Positions 1 through 13,300 are shown, counted from the stretch's first letter. The stretch: DNA of 64,000 nt from Rhodosorus marinus CCMP1338 (GCA_029953675.1 JAMWBK010000007.1:310001-374000); one strand, 5' to 3'. A program made the numbers and translations. Notes: generated from the letters alone by a model not told the origin.

Positions 1-2963
1 AAGTTTATGGTAGATGTTATGAAAACCCCCGTTTCCATCATGCTTTTTAAAATTTCTTCCCTGCGAAAATATGATATTTATTTTAATAAATTGAAATCCT
101 CTCCGCCTCCGTGTAGCCTTCTCGCTGCTTTCTTTCTACCCCAGCAAGCGAAAAGGAAGGAAACAATACAACTGTTCGCAGATTTTTGGCCGCGTCTTCG
201 TCTATATATTGGATTATTTTTGGGCGGTTTGGAATTCGAAATATCTGCAGCCCCCCCCCACGCCACTTTTTTTGGACCTTTCGCCGCTTCCGCGTTCTCA
301 AATATCTCTTGAAGACAAAAACAAAATACTAATGGGCCGAAGAAAGTATTGCCACATACTCTTTGAAATATTTCTAGAAAAACAGTAGTCTCCTCCTCAC
401 TCTCAATTGCTCAAAAATTTTAAGTAGCGAAAGTATCGGCGTCCTCTATCAATTATTTCAGAAGTACCTCGTAATAACTATTTATATATACAATACGAAA
501 GAAAAATTGATCCATTCCAGACCGAACAAAGGGTTTCAGTGTTCGTATACGGTAGGTACGTCTTTTGGATCGTTGTTCTCCTAAAGAACCATGTGGTCCC
601 GCCATCAAGGCACTGCTTGAATATTGGAAAATTCCGAAACGTTGGAATATTCACCAATCAACTTGCTCTCTGATATTTTTGACTCAGGGGCTACCGTTTC
701 TTGTTTGAGGGTACAATATTATCTTGAAAAAATCAGCGCTTTGCTCGGTCGAGCTTTCCACACCACTAGCAGCCCTCCGCCCAATCAAAATACCGACTTG
801 GAATTGTCGTTTCCCTGTTTCTTGGAGTACTTCGGGAAAATTTTCTGAAAACATCTTGGCGAGATGGATTCTCCGGGACAAAATGGTGGCGTATTATGCA
901 TGGAAACAACGCCGAGTGTTCGGGTGAGGTGATTGGTTCTCCATTGTGATTGGCGGTTATTGAGAATCAATCTCCGAGAAGAAGTTTATTGGAAGAAAAT
1001 TGGGTGGATTTTCTGGGTACACAAGTTTTCGACCACAATTCTATGATTTGTTTTTAATGAGCATGATGGGCTATTTGCGCCATTACCTGAACAAGGCCCA
1101 ATTTCGAAGCATGCACGTGGGAATACAGCAAACGTCGATTAAACCTCCAAGCGACAAATTTTGAAGTTTAATATGAAATTCATGATCACAATCTTTCCCA
1201 ACGGAGGCAGTCCTTTGCAGGAGCTGATCGGGGAGATAGCGACGGATGCGAAACTGTTTCTTTCCCGAATCTGTCTGGTGCTGGTGAACCTATGGATGCC
1301 TCCCCGGTGGAGGGGATTTCGACGCAGTGCATTTCTTCAAGTACACGCCTGACAAAGTCGTCAAGCGCCCCTGCGCCGCAGGCAGGCTTGGTCCAGGCAG
1401 AGGCCACATAGAAAAATGCGCTAGGTCTGCCGAGCTGAAATCATCATCGACGCTATGGGTAATATAGCCAGGACAGAGTTTGTAACCAAAGAAACCGGTG
1501 AGTTACCCTACGAGCTCAAAGACTATTGATCCGAGTTACTTGACGAGGCCGGGACGGAATTCACAATCTCAACAAAGAGAGCGGATAGAGCAAGCTCTCC
1601 TCGTAGTCCGGTTCGCGCTCACGGAGATGTACCATCCCTAAGACCCTTGTCTTCCATAACATATGATTCAAATGCGAAAGAATCGTTGGCCCACGACACG
1701 CAACAAGGATTCCTCCCAGTAAGAGATACCCACGAAAAGGAAGCGTCTTCCCCCTCATCAATCGTAGCACATCATCGTAGCACAGCCAAGGGGCAGCTAG
1801 ACCGATGCTTCCAAACTACGCACAGTCCGGCTCGGCAGTCACTAGTCTCCAGTCCATCAACACCAGCCCACTAATAAATCAACTTCATTCAGAGGAATCC
1901 CGCAGTCAATTAAAAAATACCAGATTGATGTCAGCAATAGAATTCACACCCCCTTTTGATGTTACGTATTCTGCAAGTTTTCTCACTTTCTGATACATTC
2001 ACAACAGAACCTAAATTTCGAGAGAACATGTACCCCCCTTATTCGTTCTCCATACTTAGATCTCATTCCGATTGGTCCACGCCAATTGAACTTGTGTCTT
2101 TAAATATGTTGATTCCTCCCAGACTACTCCATCATCTGAATAGTCAATAAGGGTAGGATAATAATCCAGTTTTCTGAAAATAAAACTAACAATACGAAAT
2201 AAAATTAACCATACTGGAATTAATACAGAGTAGAAAGGGCTTAGTTTCTTAGTTTTCCTCCGTCCATTGTTCTTAGAACAAGAAATAGCTTCTAAATTTT
2301 GTTTGATGTTGTTGATACCTGGGCTACAATAAATATAGGATGGGAACATCCTTAGCGATGTGTCATAAGCTTTGGTACATAATAAATGAAATATCCAAAA
2401 GAGAAGAAAAATAGAAAGAAGGCATAAAACGCCTAAAAATTGATTATATTAATAACATATATTGGTTTGTAGCTTGGTGGCTTGCACGACCGAGCATAGG
2501 CAACTGCAAAACCTCGCCTCTTTGGGAAGAACTAGTTCATGTATATAGTGTATCTCTGTCTTGGAACAGCTTGCTCTAGGTACGATACCCCTCCATATCA
2601 TCAATCAAAGCCCTCACCCTAAGAATGGGACCTTGAAAATTTTTACTCGCAAAGGTGGCTGATCCCAAAAGGAAGGACCCGCCCGGTGAAGGTAGGCACC
2701 TTAACGAGGATTTTTGTAAGGGAAAAGATATGTGTGTATGAAGACCAATTAGCCCATGTAGCCCTTGTGTCTTTTCCGTACCTGTGTTTTCGAAACGAAA
2801 ACCCCTTCCAAGTGAGCAGATGAGCTTACGCTTTGTGCGGGTGTGTGTGGGTAGGTTCCACAACACGATCATCGGATGAATTCCAAGACTGGACCCTTGT
2901 TTTTTTTTTTCGGCAGCTCCGTGCAACGTTTGGGCCAGCTTACTCGCTCAAGCTCTCGTGGAA

Positions 2964-3105
2964 GGCGTTCAAAGTTGTCATGAAAAGCCCACCAAATCTC
3001 CGGGCTGCTGGTACTGATATGCTCCGCTTTTCCGGCGTTCAAAGTTGTCATGAAAAGCCCACCAAATCTCCGGGCTGCTGGTACTGATATGCTCCGCTTT
3101 TCCGG
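2964..3105. repeat. Perfect 70-bp direct tandem duplication (2 copies)
   Basis: GGCGTTCAAAGTTGTCATGAAAAGCCC...GCTCCGCTTTTCC occurs at 2964-3033 and again, identical, at 3034-3103. Confidence 0.97.
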
Positions 3106-3833
3106 TTTTGTCCTGTTCTTTTCAATTTTGCTTCTTTGTGCAGACTGTTGACGTCCTTTCACTAGCTGGACAGGTTCTAACCGTCGGCGCAGGAGCTCTG
3201 GCTGGGTTCCATCAACATAGAGAAACGGTCCCAGACAGTGTTCTGTTGAGCTACGACATATCCGCTCAAAAGACTATTCACCCGTGTTGCACTGTGCTTG
3301 AATTTCTACTGGTCATAACCACACCACCACACTGTCGAATGAAACTAGGCACTTGGCAGTGGAATCATTGACATCCAGCAAAGGCATGGGCATGAAACTT
3401 TTCCAGCCCTGGGGTTACCGCCACATTCATAGCGAGCGAAAACGGAAAGCCAAAATGCACCACATCACCGCGACCGTCAAGAACGCAACCAGGGTCGCTC
3501 TCTTCACTCTGTTCAAGGCAGTTTCACGAGCCCCGAAGAGGATCAGACGGACTAGGAACGGAACTTTAGCCTGCGAGAAAACACCAAGCAGACTTCCGAA
3601 TTTTGGATACTCTGGACAAGTATGGAGTACTGAGCGTTTGAGTTTCGCCTCTCAGTTTCAAAGATTCGAAATGACTGTTTCCACCGCCTCCTGTGCTTCT
3701 CCCGTCGCTCTCAGCCGCTCAGCAGGTGGAAACAGCTCCTTCCGTGCCTCCCACGACTCCTAGTTGGGATTGTTGACGGGCTGGTTAGCATTGGGCCGGT
3801 ATTCGATTGATCACCTTGTCAGTATTGTTTCGA

Positions 3834-5618
3834 ATGGTTTTGGATTTCATTGTGGTGCCTTCGTGGCGGACGAGGCGATGGAGGGGAAGCGGTCGTTTCA
3901 GTTCACCTCGACGGCATGTTTTCCCGATCGATCTCCCTGGCACCCCCGTGCTTGTGGCTACCGTGACGGATTCGGCGAAATCACTCAGCCCACAGGAATG
4001 GAAACATCGTGAGATCGCTGAGAAAGTGTGGTGAGAGGCGACGCGCGAAAAGTGGTTTAGCTCTGCCCTGTTCATGAATGCGTTGCTGACAAAGAAACTC
4101 TGTCGGTTTTTGTCCCAGGCTGGATGCGCGCGAGAACTTCGTTGATCCCACCATGAATGGTCTCGACTGGGATCTTGTGAAGAAAGACCTGCTTTCTAGG
4201 AGACTTCACACAAAAGCCGACCTGTACGCATCTCTGAAGTGGATGCTGTCACTTCTCAACGATCCCTATACAACGTTACTACCGCCGGCGGATTATTCAA
4301 CCTTCAGAGAGTCAATCGAAGGCAGCGAGATTGGCATAGGAGCATCTGTGAGGTTGAGGAACAACTCGAGCTCTCTACTCCCAGGGCTTCTCAATATTTT
4401 CTCACCTTCAAAGAAGCCGAGAGATGTTGAACTGTGCGACGTCCTGAAGGGGGGTCCAGCCCTCAGAGCAGGCTTGAAAGAAGGTGATGTCGTTGTCGCC
4501 GTGGATAGGAGGCCTACTAGTACGATGTGCATCAAGGACATAAGCGATAGTCTACATGGGAAGGACCGCACCCGTGTCGAGCTCCTCATCCAAGAAGCTC
4601 CCGGTACTTTCAGAAAATTCTCGGTGAAGAGGGAGAAGGTGCAGATTGACACGGTCTTCAGTGAAACTGTCGTAGTGGGATCGGAGGTAAACAACCCTGT
4701 GACAAAGATAGGCTTATCCAAGATTCTTCCAACGTGCCTATTCCGATATGCGTTCTGAACTTGGATAACTGTTTCCTCGCTAACTGCATTTAGAACAAGA
4801 AGCAGAATGTTGCCTACCTACAGGTATGCTAACAGCTGACCATCAAGTCGAATCAACTAGGTAGTGATTGCGTGATTACAGGCTTTCTTGAACCAGGAGA
4901 GGAAAAGAAAGAAACCCTGGGGTGCATTCGACGTGGTTCTGAACAGATAGATTGCCTTTTCCTCTTTGATCAGGTCAGAGAATGGTCGAAGAACAGTTTC
5001 AAGGAGTCAGTTCGAGCACTGGGAGGATTTCTAGCTGAGGATGGCAATCCTGTGGATGCTCTAGTCATTGATCTACGGGACAATAGCGGCGGTGTACTAC
5101 CGGACGCTATCGAGTTTACCAGGCTCTTTGTCAGGAAGAAAGGGGCTAAACTGGTGAATTTCGTGGTGCGCGGTGAGATGAGCTCGTCAGTAGTTGAGAC
5201 ATCCACATTCGCATCCGTGAGAGACGCAATCCTTGACTTGCAGAGTGGCACGAAGTGGAGACGAAAGTCTGCGGTCAGCGACAGGATCCCCATCTGCGTT
5301 CTTGTCAATCAGCACACTGCGTCAGCTTCTGAGCTCGTGGCTGCGGCTCTTCGCGACAATTGTAGAGCGACGATCGTAGGCACGAAGACGTATGGCAAGT
5401 CCTCCATTCAATCCGTGGTACAGCTGGAAGACGGAGAAGCCGCCTTCAAGTTAACCATTGCTACGTACACTACCCCGCTAGGGGAACCGATAACCGGGAT
5501 CGTTCCTGATATTGTTGCAGATTATCTTCCAAAGGGTAAGCGCGTAGCTGCACATATATTTCCGCGCCTTGCCGGAAAACTATCCAGGAAGCTCTCCACC
5601 TGCTCTCCTCCGCCGTGA
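3834..5618 (+). CDS. ctpA: C-terminal processing peptidase (S41A, CtpA family) with PDZ domain, plastid-targeted; multi-exon
   Basis: Spliced reading: AEKVW|LDARENFVDPTMNGLDW (intron 4031-4118), LNDPYTTLL, PDZ GGPALRAGLKEGDVVVAVD, NVAYLQ|VREWSKN, DLRDNSGG, TASASELVAAALRDN (catalytic Ser), GTKTYGK (catalytic Lys). Arg/Ser-rich N-terminus MVLDFIV. Which CtpA paralogue it is was not determined. Confidence 0.88.
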
Positions 5619-6366
5619 AAGAACCGACGATGAGACAGTCCTCCGCGGAGCTAAACTGAGAGCACTTAGCTAACAAAATGGTGACTGGTGTGGATGGACA
5701 CATCTTACACTCTGGCGAGGCTATCCAAAAGCATCAGACCGAGTCTTCCAGGGGCTGCTTTTCCGTCGACAACTATACCAATGCGTTCGAGCCACACTCC
5801 ACTTATCGCAGGCAGAAAACAACCTAACTAATCAATGTCGTATAATACAATCCAAGCACTACATAAATATTGGAACTTTGTCCGTCCGCCAACATAAGTT
5901 CAACATTTTTACCAAATAAACGTTATAGAATACTGTTTTATGAATATACGAAAACGTTTTCCCTTTAGTACAAGCGTACGAACACATCTCGCTCGGCATA
6001 TTTAAGACATTTCTTCGTCCAGAAATAGAGAAAAAACAGACAGCTGTAGTTTTTAATTTCTATTACAATTTATATTAGACCAGTGCAAAATGGTAGCCCA
6101 AAAAGTTTAAACAAAATTGTATTTTTAGGTCTTTTTGGACGATATTTCTTTAGTTTGAGTAGTGGTGAGGGCTTTTAGGGAATCTATGTCAATCTCAGCG
6201 TTTGTGGTTTTGCGGTCACCGGCGGAGCACAATGATGAACTTTCAAACAATGTTAAACGGAACAAAGCGACTGCGGAGCATTGGGGAGGAGGAGGGCCTT
6301 TTTCGGTGGTTAGAAGTCGTAGGTATAGTATTTTGTAGAACGTCTGTGTAATGAACTGAGACCAGG

Positions 6367-7852
6367 ATGTTTTTTTCTGCGTTTGTTGGCGGTTACGGTG
6401 GGGTTGATGTAAGGAGCAGGGCGAGTCCGAATGTGTGCAGACCGAGCCAGAGAAGAGGATGGACTGTCAGGGCATCAGCGACATTGGATGATGGGGAAAA
6501 ATCTAAGAGGGTACAGGACAGGCTTCAGTTTTGGTTTTCTGAGGCCAACGTAAAGAGGGATTGGTTTCTGAGGTCGAAGATGTCGCCGGATGGGTGGGTG
6601 AAAGCTGATGTGTTTTTGAAGTTCAATACTCTGAAAGTGCTTGGTCTGACTACCGACATGGTGATGGATGCAGCGAGCACGTTGGATGGGGTCGAGATCG
6701 ACCAGGAAACGAAGAGTATCCGCGGCGTTAGCGCAAGGCCGTCGTTGGAGAGGAACCTCCTCGCGGAGCAGCAGAAGATCGTTTTCCTTACTGGGCTCGG
6801 GCCTGATGCGAACTTATCCGTGGTAAAGAACGAGATCCAGAACCTGGTTGAGGTAAGATCATACAAATCTCCTCCGTACCGCAAGGCAGACGCCGTGTTT
6901 TTTTCGGCTGCCTAGAAGCGCCGACCAGTGGCTTCGAGCTTGTTTGCTATCCGCTACCCTCCATCTTCCAAGGACGTGCGATCTAACGTGGTAATCGTTC
7001 TACTCTTGCCATGGTCAGCCGGAATACATTGGTATCGGGCGTTTCAAGGATCGTCGAGCAAAAGGTTGGGCACTTTTGGAGCTGAGGAGCGAGGAGGAAA
7101 CCAATCAGTTCCTTACGAACTTCAATGAGAAGCAACGAGACGACTCTGAAATCAAGGCGCTGTCCTACGCGGTTTTTCACGAGCAATCCAGGATCGACAG
7201 AACGGATATCAGCGTGGAAATGTGCGTACTCCACGTGACAAACATTCCGCTTGGAACGGTATGGAGAGATCTCTGGGAGGAGTTCAAAACTATCGGCGGT
7301 ATCTACTTGTCATACAAGTCCGGAGATTCAACAGAAGCTTTGCTCAAAGTGAACGCACTTAACGTCGTAACGAAGTTCGAGAGCGGTTTAGTCAGCGTCA
7401 ATGGAGTGCGGCTGGACGCTGAACTCCTGAGCCTTGAAGAGCAGGACAAGTACACGAAGTTGACTATGACTGGCGAGGGACTATCGAATTCTGATATTGA
7501 TATTGAAAGTCCTGTTGAGAGGATTCTTGCGCTGGTCAAATCGAAGCCTGATAACCGAGGTGGGGCTCGCCGCACCTTGGAAATTACTGGATTACCAGAG
7601 GAAGCGGGCTTTAGAAAGCTGTGGTTGTGGCTCCAGGAGCAATCGGCCGGAGTTAGGTTTATGCTTCGAGATAAGGGATCGGACAAGGCTGATCTGTTTT
7701 TCTCCTCGAGCGAACGGATGAAGGCTTTCATTGAGTATTTGGAGGGCGGCGGGTTGGTCCTCGGGACCGAAGTATCTCATCGCGAGTGGACAGCAGATGA
7801 GGTTACTTCCCACTATATTAAGCGCCGTGAAGAGGCAGCGAAGGTAGAATAG
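6367..7852 (+). CDS. La-motif + RRM + two xRRM-like domain RNA-binding protein with plastid transit-like N-terminus
   Basis: La motif RLQFWFSEANVKRDWFL...GWV...LKFNTL. RRM with RNP1-like KGWALLEL after predicted intron 6853-7018. Two further RRM-like blocks end in LLSLEEQDKY and WTADEVTSHY. N-terminus is MFFSAFVGG...TVRASA. Confidence 0.8.
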
Positions 7853-9516
7853 AGTGATTTTTTTTTATGCTTCTCGCTTTTTGTTGTTTTGAGTCTGCGG
7901 CTTGAAGAGAGTGTCAACTCAAGCTCTTTGCTGCCGGGATGGAAAGATATCCTTAACTGGAGCATTTAGAATGTACAAGATGAACGTTGACGGGTTGAAC
8001 AAAGGCCAAGAAATTCCTCAAACAGCTGGAACACAACTCATCGGGCACTGGGCAAGTTCGCCCGGGAACCATTGCCGTCCAGAGGTGCTGAGCGATTCTC
8101 ATGGCGAACATTACTAATGAGTCTTGAGCGTCCAAGCGAGGCCCTACGTTATTCACTTCCTGACTAGAATTCCAAAACTTTGCTTGCGCAATCATACAAT
8201 AGATGTCAACCTTCCAGCCTCCCCCCGACCAACGCGGAGAAGAGTAATCGAGGATGATAGAGGGAAACTTCTGGGAGGGCAAAGCACAATTTCGGGCCAC
8301 CGTGGATGAAGCATTGACCATGAAGGAACGCCTTGGCCCAGGCAAACATGTAGCAAGTGCTCCCACCTTCCTCCTCATACTGACCATCCTTCCCCGAGCG
8401 ACCGCCACAAGCATCGCTGGGCACATACGGACCAGGGAAACAAAGCATGTCCTGGGTGGCTTGCACAGAGCATGTTGGCTAGAGAAATGTACGGGATCAA
8501 CATCCTTCATAATACAGATTTGTTGGAGCGCAAGGGCTAAACACCGGAGGTAAACTCTAGGAGCACCGCAGGTTGAACCATCAGCGCACTACCTGCACAA
8601 ATCGTGTCTGAAAGAAATGACGATTCCATGATGGTGTAGGACAAACGCGTTGCCTTCTTGCATTTGCAGTTCGAACAGGACTCGAAGCTCAACGGTTTTG
8701 GCAGTTAGTGACCTGGGTTTATAAGTAGGCTTCCTTCCGGACAATCGATATTGCCAAGTGCGAGATGGGGTCTGCGGGAGACTTTTAACGATTTGCGTAG
8801 GAAGGATCCAGAGGCGCTGTTATTGGTATTTCCTGGACCTATATCCCAATCTTTCGGTGGAATTCCGGGTCTTGACGCTATGAGGCTCGTGAAAGTGAAA
8901 TGAACCCCACTGTCGAAGACGTACCCAAGGTGGAGGAGCCCGTGTGTGAGTGTCTCCAAGTGTTGGCTCCATCAACAAAGGCGGACCACGGAGGGACTGC
9001 CGGCAGTATTTCATGATCAAAAGAAGCAATACCAGCATCAGTAGACTGCATCCAAGTCTCCCCGAATCTCGAATTTAGCGTAAGGAAACACCAACGTTTG
9101 ATGACCGCTTCGGAATCGCAGGGTTCATTACGAAATTTGACCATTTGCTAACAGTGTACGCTGTTTCGCGGAAAATGAGACAAAACTGTTCGTGGGCAGT
9201 CAGGCGATGGCGAAGACGGTATCGGAAACGTAGTCTAGGAGCACTTGCGAGTTTTGCCAACGGCGCAGCGATTCACGAGCAGTTGTCACTGGCGAACGAG
9301 CTTACCGCAGAGAGATGAAACAGAACGTTCAAGGAGATTCTTGTAAGTTTCTAGAGGCGCGAGGACCTGCTTGGGATACGGTGATAGGGATGCGAGTCAG
9401 CCGAGATGATTAAGGGAATGGATTCACTTGAAATAATGTATGGCGTGAACAAGGGAACCCGGGCGGACGCAGTCCCCAATGTTTTTGATCTCTTCGAAGA
9501 AGGAGAGTCCGTACAA

Positions 9517-9561
9517 GCGCGGAGTGAAGGAGCTGGAGCATCTGGCTCCTTCACTCCGCGC
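9517..9561. other. Perfect 17-bp inverted repeat (hairpin)
   Basis: GCGCGGAGTGAAGGAGC (9517-9533) and GCTCCTTCACTCCGCGC (9545-9561) are exact reverse complements with an 11-nt spacer. Confidence 0.9.
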
Positions 9562-10382
9562 AAGAGTCATGAAGTCCTGAAGTAGAGGGCCGATGCTTCA
9601 AAGCGACTGATAGCACGGTACTACGATTGGAATTTCGCGACGGATTCGCTGAAGGCTGGTGACTGCGTGTTGCGACGAAACGAAAACGAAAGGACAGCGC
9701 CGACTTCTTGTTCCTTTTCGGGTTTTCAGTATCGACTGACAGGAACAGTTGATAACAAGTTAGCCGAACCGAATGGTACTCCGTTGCTAATGATGGTTCA
9801 TGGAGATCAATTGAAGCGTGCGCACCGTCGTCCTAACAACAGGACGGAGGACGGTATATTCAACTTCCCTCCTATGGTTGTTGTTGTTTTTGTTGCATAC
9901 CTTGATAGACTCCGTTACCTGGAGGAGTATAGTAAACAAACTGGAAAACTTTGTCCGCACATGAGATTCATTTTCTGCTAGCAGAGCATTGAAAATATGG
10001 AAGACCTTGGCCGAAGCAAGTGCTCCGCCCTTGCTACCTTATTCCGAACATCGGCCCGCGACTATCTCGAGTCATGATCACCATCACGTGGGACATATCT
10101 GGGACAGGAGAAGAGCGGTAGTCGCGAAAGTGTGAAAACATTGGCTGCAAAATGGGGGGTCACTTTGGCCCGAGCCAAAACAAAGTAACATTGGGGAGTA
10201 TATGAAGGGCGGCAGCTCAGCTGAAGAGTTGGATAGGGAGTTGGGCAGGGAGAGGAGGAGTACTAGTAAGAGTTTTTCTGATAGAGAACTAAACTTCAGG
10301 TACCGATAAAGAAGTGAAACTCTGTGTTTTTAGTTTTTTGGTTGATGCAGGCGTAAGAGGGGCGAGATAGAGGGAGGACGGG

Positions 10383-13300
10383 ATGTTTCAGTTGGTTGGC
10401 TATGATGAGGTGTTCAATGGGGAGGTTGCAGGACTATGGAGGAAAGCCAGCGGGGCTGGCGAGAGTGGAGATGCTCATGGGATCTCTCACGTTGTGGCCA
10501 TTATGGGGCCACAGAGTAGTGGAAAGTCTACTATTATGAACCGACTGTTTGGGACTGACTTTTTTACTATGGATGAGGATCAGGGACGGTATCAGGTAAG
10601 GAGATTGAGAGCGTGCGGCGAAGGGCTAGCCTGGCTGGAAAGTTTGGTGGCTGAGTTTTTGTTTGTGTGGTGTAATTAAAGGTTACTCAAGGGATCTGGC
10701 TTGGGTTCGACCGAAAATCTGGAACAGCAGTAATTGATCTCGAAGGTACGGACAGTAGGGAAAGAGGGGAGGATGCCGTAACATTTGAACGAAAGTCTGC
10801 GTTGTTCGCTTTAGCGATCTCAGAGGTGCTCATCATCAACCTCTGGTGAGTTAAATCACCTGATTGGGCTCTTTGGAACAAACCAGAAAGCGCACGCCTT
10901 GCTCAAGCAGTAACACTTACTCTCAACGCGTCGCTGACAGGACCCAGGACGTAGGTAGACTCAACGCGTCGAACATTTTATTGTTGAGGACAGTACTGGA
11001 GCAGGACCTAGTTCTTTTCCATGACGAGAAATCAGCTCCGATGCGAACAAAGCTCCTGTTCCTCTTCAGGGACCACGACATGGCCACTCCCCTTCCACGC
11101 CTTTCCAATGTGATGAAGGAGGACCTCCAGGTAGCTGACAACCACTACTGACACAACCAAGGAATTCTCTAATCCAAATCTTGTGCGCTGAATAGGGAAT
11201 CTGGAAACAAATCACTGCAGGAACGGTCCATAATGAGTCCCAGTTGGAGGAATTTTTCGATCTAGAATTCTATGCACTCCCACACAAAGTCCTCATGCCA
11301 GAAGAATTTGAAGCTGCTTGTCTCGAACTACGTGCGAATTTCCAGAAAGAGGTGAGCTTAGTACAGTTTCCCTGCTGCGCTGTTTCCATGGAAACCAAAG
11401 GAAGTCCTTGGGTCTTCAATAGGTTCGGGGCAAATCCTGCTGCACTACTGAGGCCCCCGATGCCGGAAGAGCTCGCTCTCTCTCCTAGCGAAACTTGTCT
11501 ATCCAACCATTAGATTATTTGCCAGAGCAGCTAAGCTTGCTGGATTTGCATCCGCGAAATTCAACTTGTAACCCGGGACGTGTTTGTTTCGTTTGTCGAA
11601 ATCCACAGGATATATTCAAAAGTTCCTATGATCGTCAGCTGTCTTTGGATGGGTTCCCTGTGTTTGCGGGTGGTGTATGGGAGACGATTCGTAGGGACAA
11701 AGAGCTCGACCTCCCTGCACAGAGAGAACTGGTGGCTGTTGTACGCTGCGATGAGTTCAAGAAGGAAGCACTTGAAGCTGCCGAGGAGGAGCTGGGTGTT
11801 GTAAAAGAGGCGATCAATACTGGTGACGACACAAAGCTTGCTGCGGTTGGTGAGGATATCGGGGGGATAGTTTCCAGGGCATTCGAAGTATTCGATGAAA
11901 ATGCCCAGAGGTACCCCGAAAAGGCGGTATCGAAGAGGGCAGAGCTGGAAGCAAGTCTCTCCGCGTTGGCAACGGGAATCTTTGGTTCGCACGCGGACAA
12001 AGTCAGGCGTCAGCTGCTTGAGGCCTTTGGAACTCAGCTCAAATCCCTGACGTCTTGGAACGGGTTTGGGAAGGGCCTCAAGGGATTTGTGACAACGGCG
12101 ATGGGCAAGTTCGACTCCCTCTGCGCGACCAACGTCGATTACATTGAGCCCGAGTACAGTGCTAAAAGGGAGCAACTCTCGAGTTCGATCGAACTGCAAG
12201 CGCGGAGGTGGAGGGACTCTGCTGTGAAGTCCTCGCTACAGCAGCTTCAAGCACACTACGGATCCTCGTTTGCTCCTCCCTGTGCCGCAATTCTCGATGC
12301 CGCAGCAAAGCACGTTGACACTGTGTGGGCTCTCGTCGCGCAGCTCTCCCACAAGTCGTACAAGACTGTGAAGGAAGAGGTAAGGCGACGAACTGGAACA
12401 CTAGGGGAAAGCATTTGCTCGTCTTGCTGTCCCACCCCTCCGAGCTGGCTCCCTGATGAAACACATCTGATTTTGAATGGCCAGGCCTCGACGAGGTTCG
12501 CAACGGAAGGTCTAGCTTTGCCACCTGATGTCGAGCGTTCTGCAATAATAGCCTTGAAACTTGACTGCGAGGAAGAGACGCTGAGACAGATCCATGGACT
12601 CATTGGCTCGCCATCGCTGTTCCTCACTCGCGTAAAGCAGTGCTTTTTCGATCAGTTTAGAAACGATGCGAACGGACTACCCAGAGTATGGGGTAAGCTG
12701 CATGTGAATGCCGCCTGAGCATAATGGCACAAGGGAAAGCTGAAATGATATGAGCCTCTTGGGGTCTTTTGAGCGTTGTTTAATACTGTGTGCACAAGCA
12801 GTTCTTGTCCTGATTCAAAGCTTGCTTGTGAATGGTACTCTTCTGTAGGGCCTGACGACGACATAACGGAGGTGTATGAGAAAGCTTTGGAAGTCTCTGC
12901 CGACGTAGCAAACGCTTTAAGCACTGTGAACAGATTTGATTTGGATGATCCGGAGGTGGCCAAGGAATCTGTCAAGCACTTCGATGACGAGTGCTACATT
13001 GAGCAGATAAAGGCATCGCTACAGAAGGAGGCGGAGGCAGCGTTTGCTGAGTCGAAACGAAGCCAGGTAGGGCTCATCCAGCGTTTCGCTTTCCGTTTGA
13101 GAACAACATTATTGTCCGATGCTTATGAAAGTGCTCTGTCCTCGTTCCCCTCTTGATTCAAAACGGTAGGAGCAAATGAAGGCGCAGATGATGGGCGTTC
13201 AAGGGCAGCTTCCTGTTTGGTTGGTGGCGGCGCTAATTCTACTAGGATTCGATGAAGCGGTTTGGGTGTTGAAGAACCCGCTCCTCCTGATCCTCTGCAT

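Noticed and set aside
1-2500. Scattered short ORFs and AT-rich patches suggestive of transposon relics
   Set aside because: No terminal repeats, TSDs or convincing transposase/RT motifs could be identified by eye.
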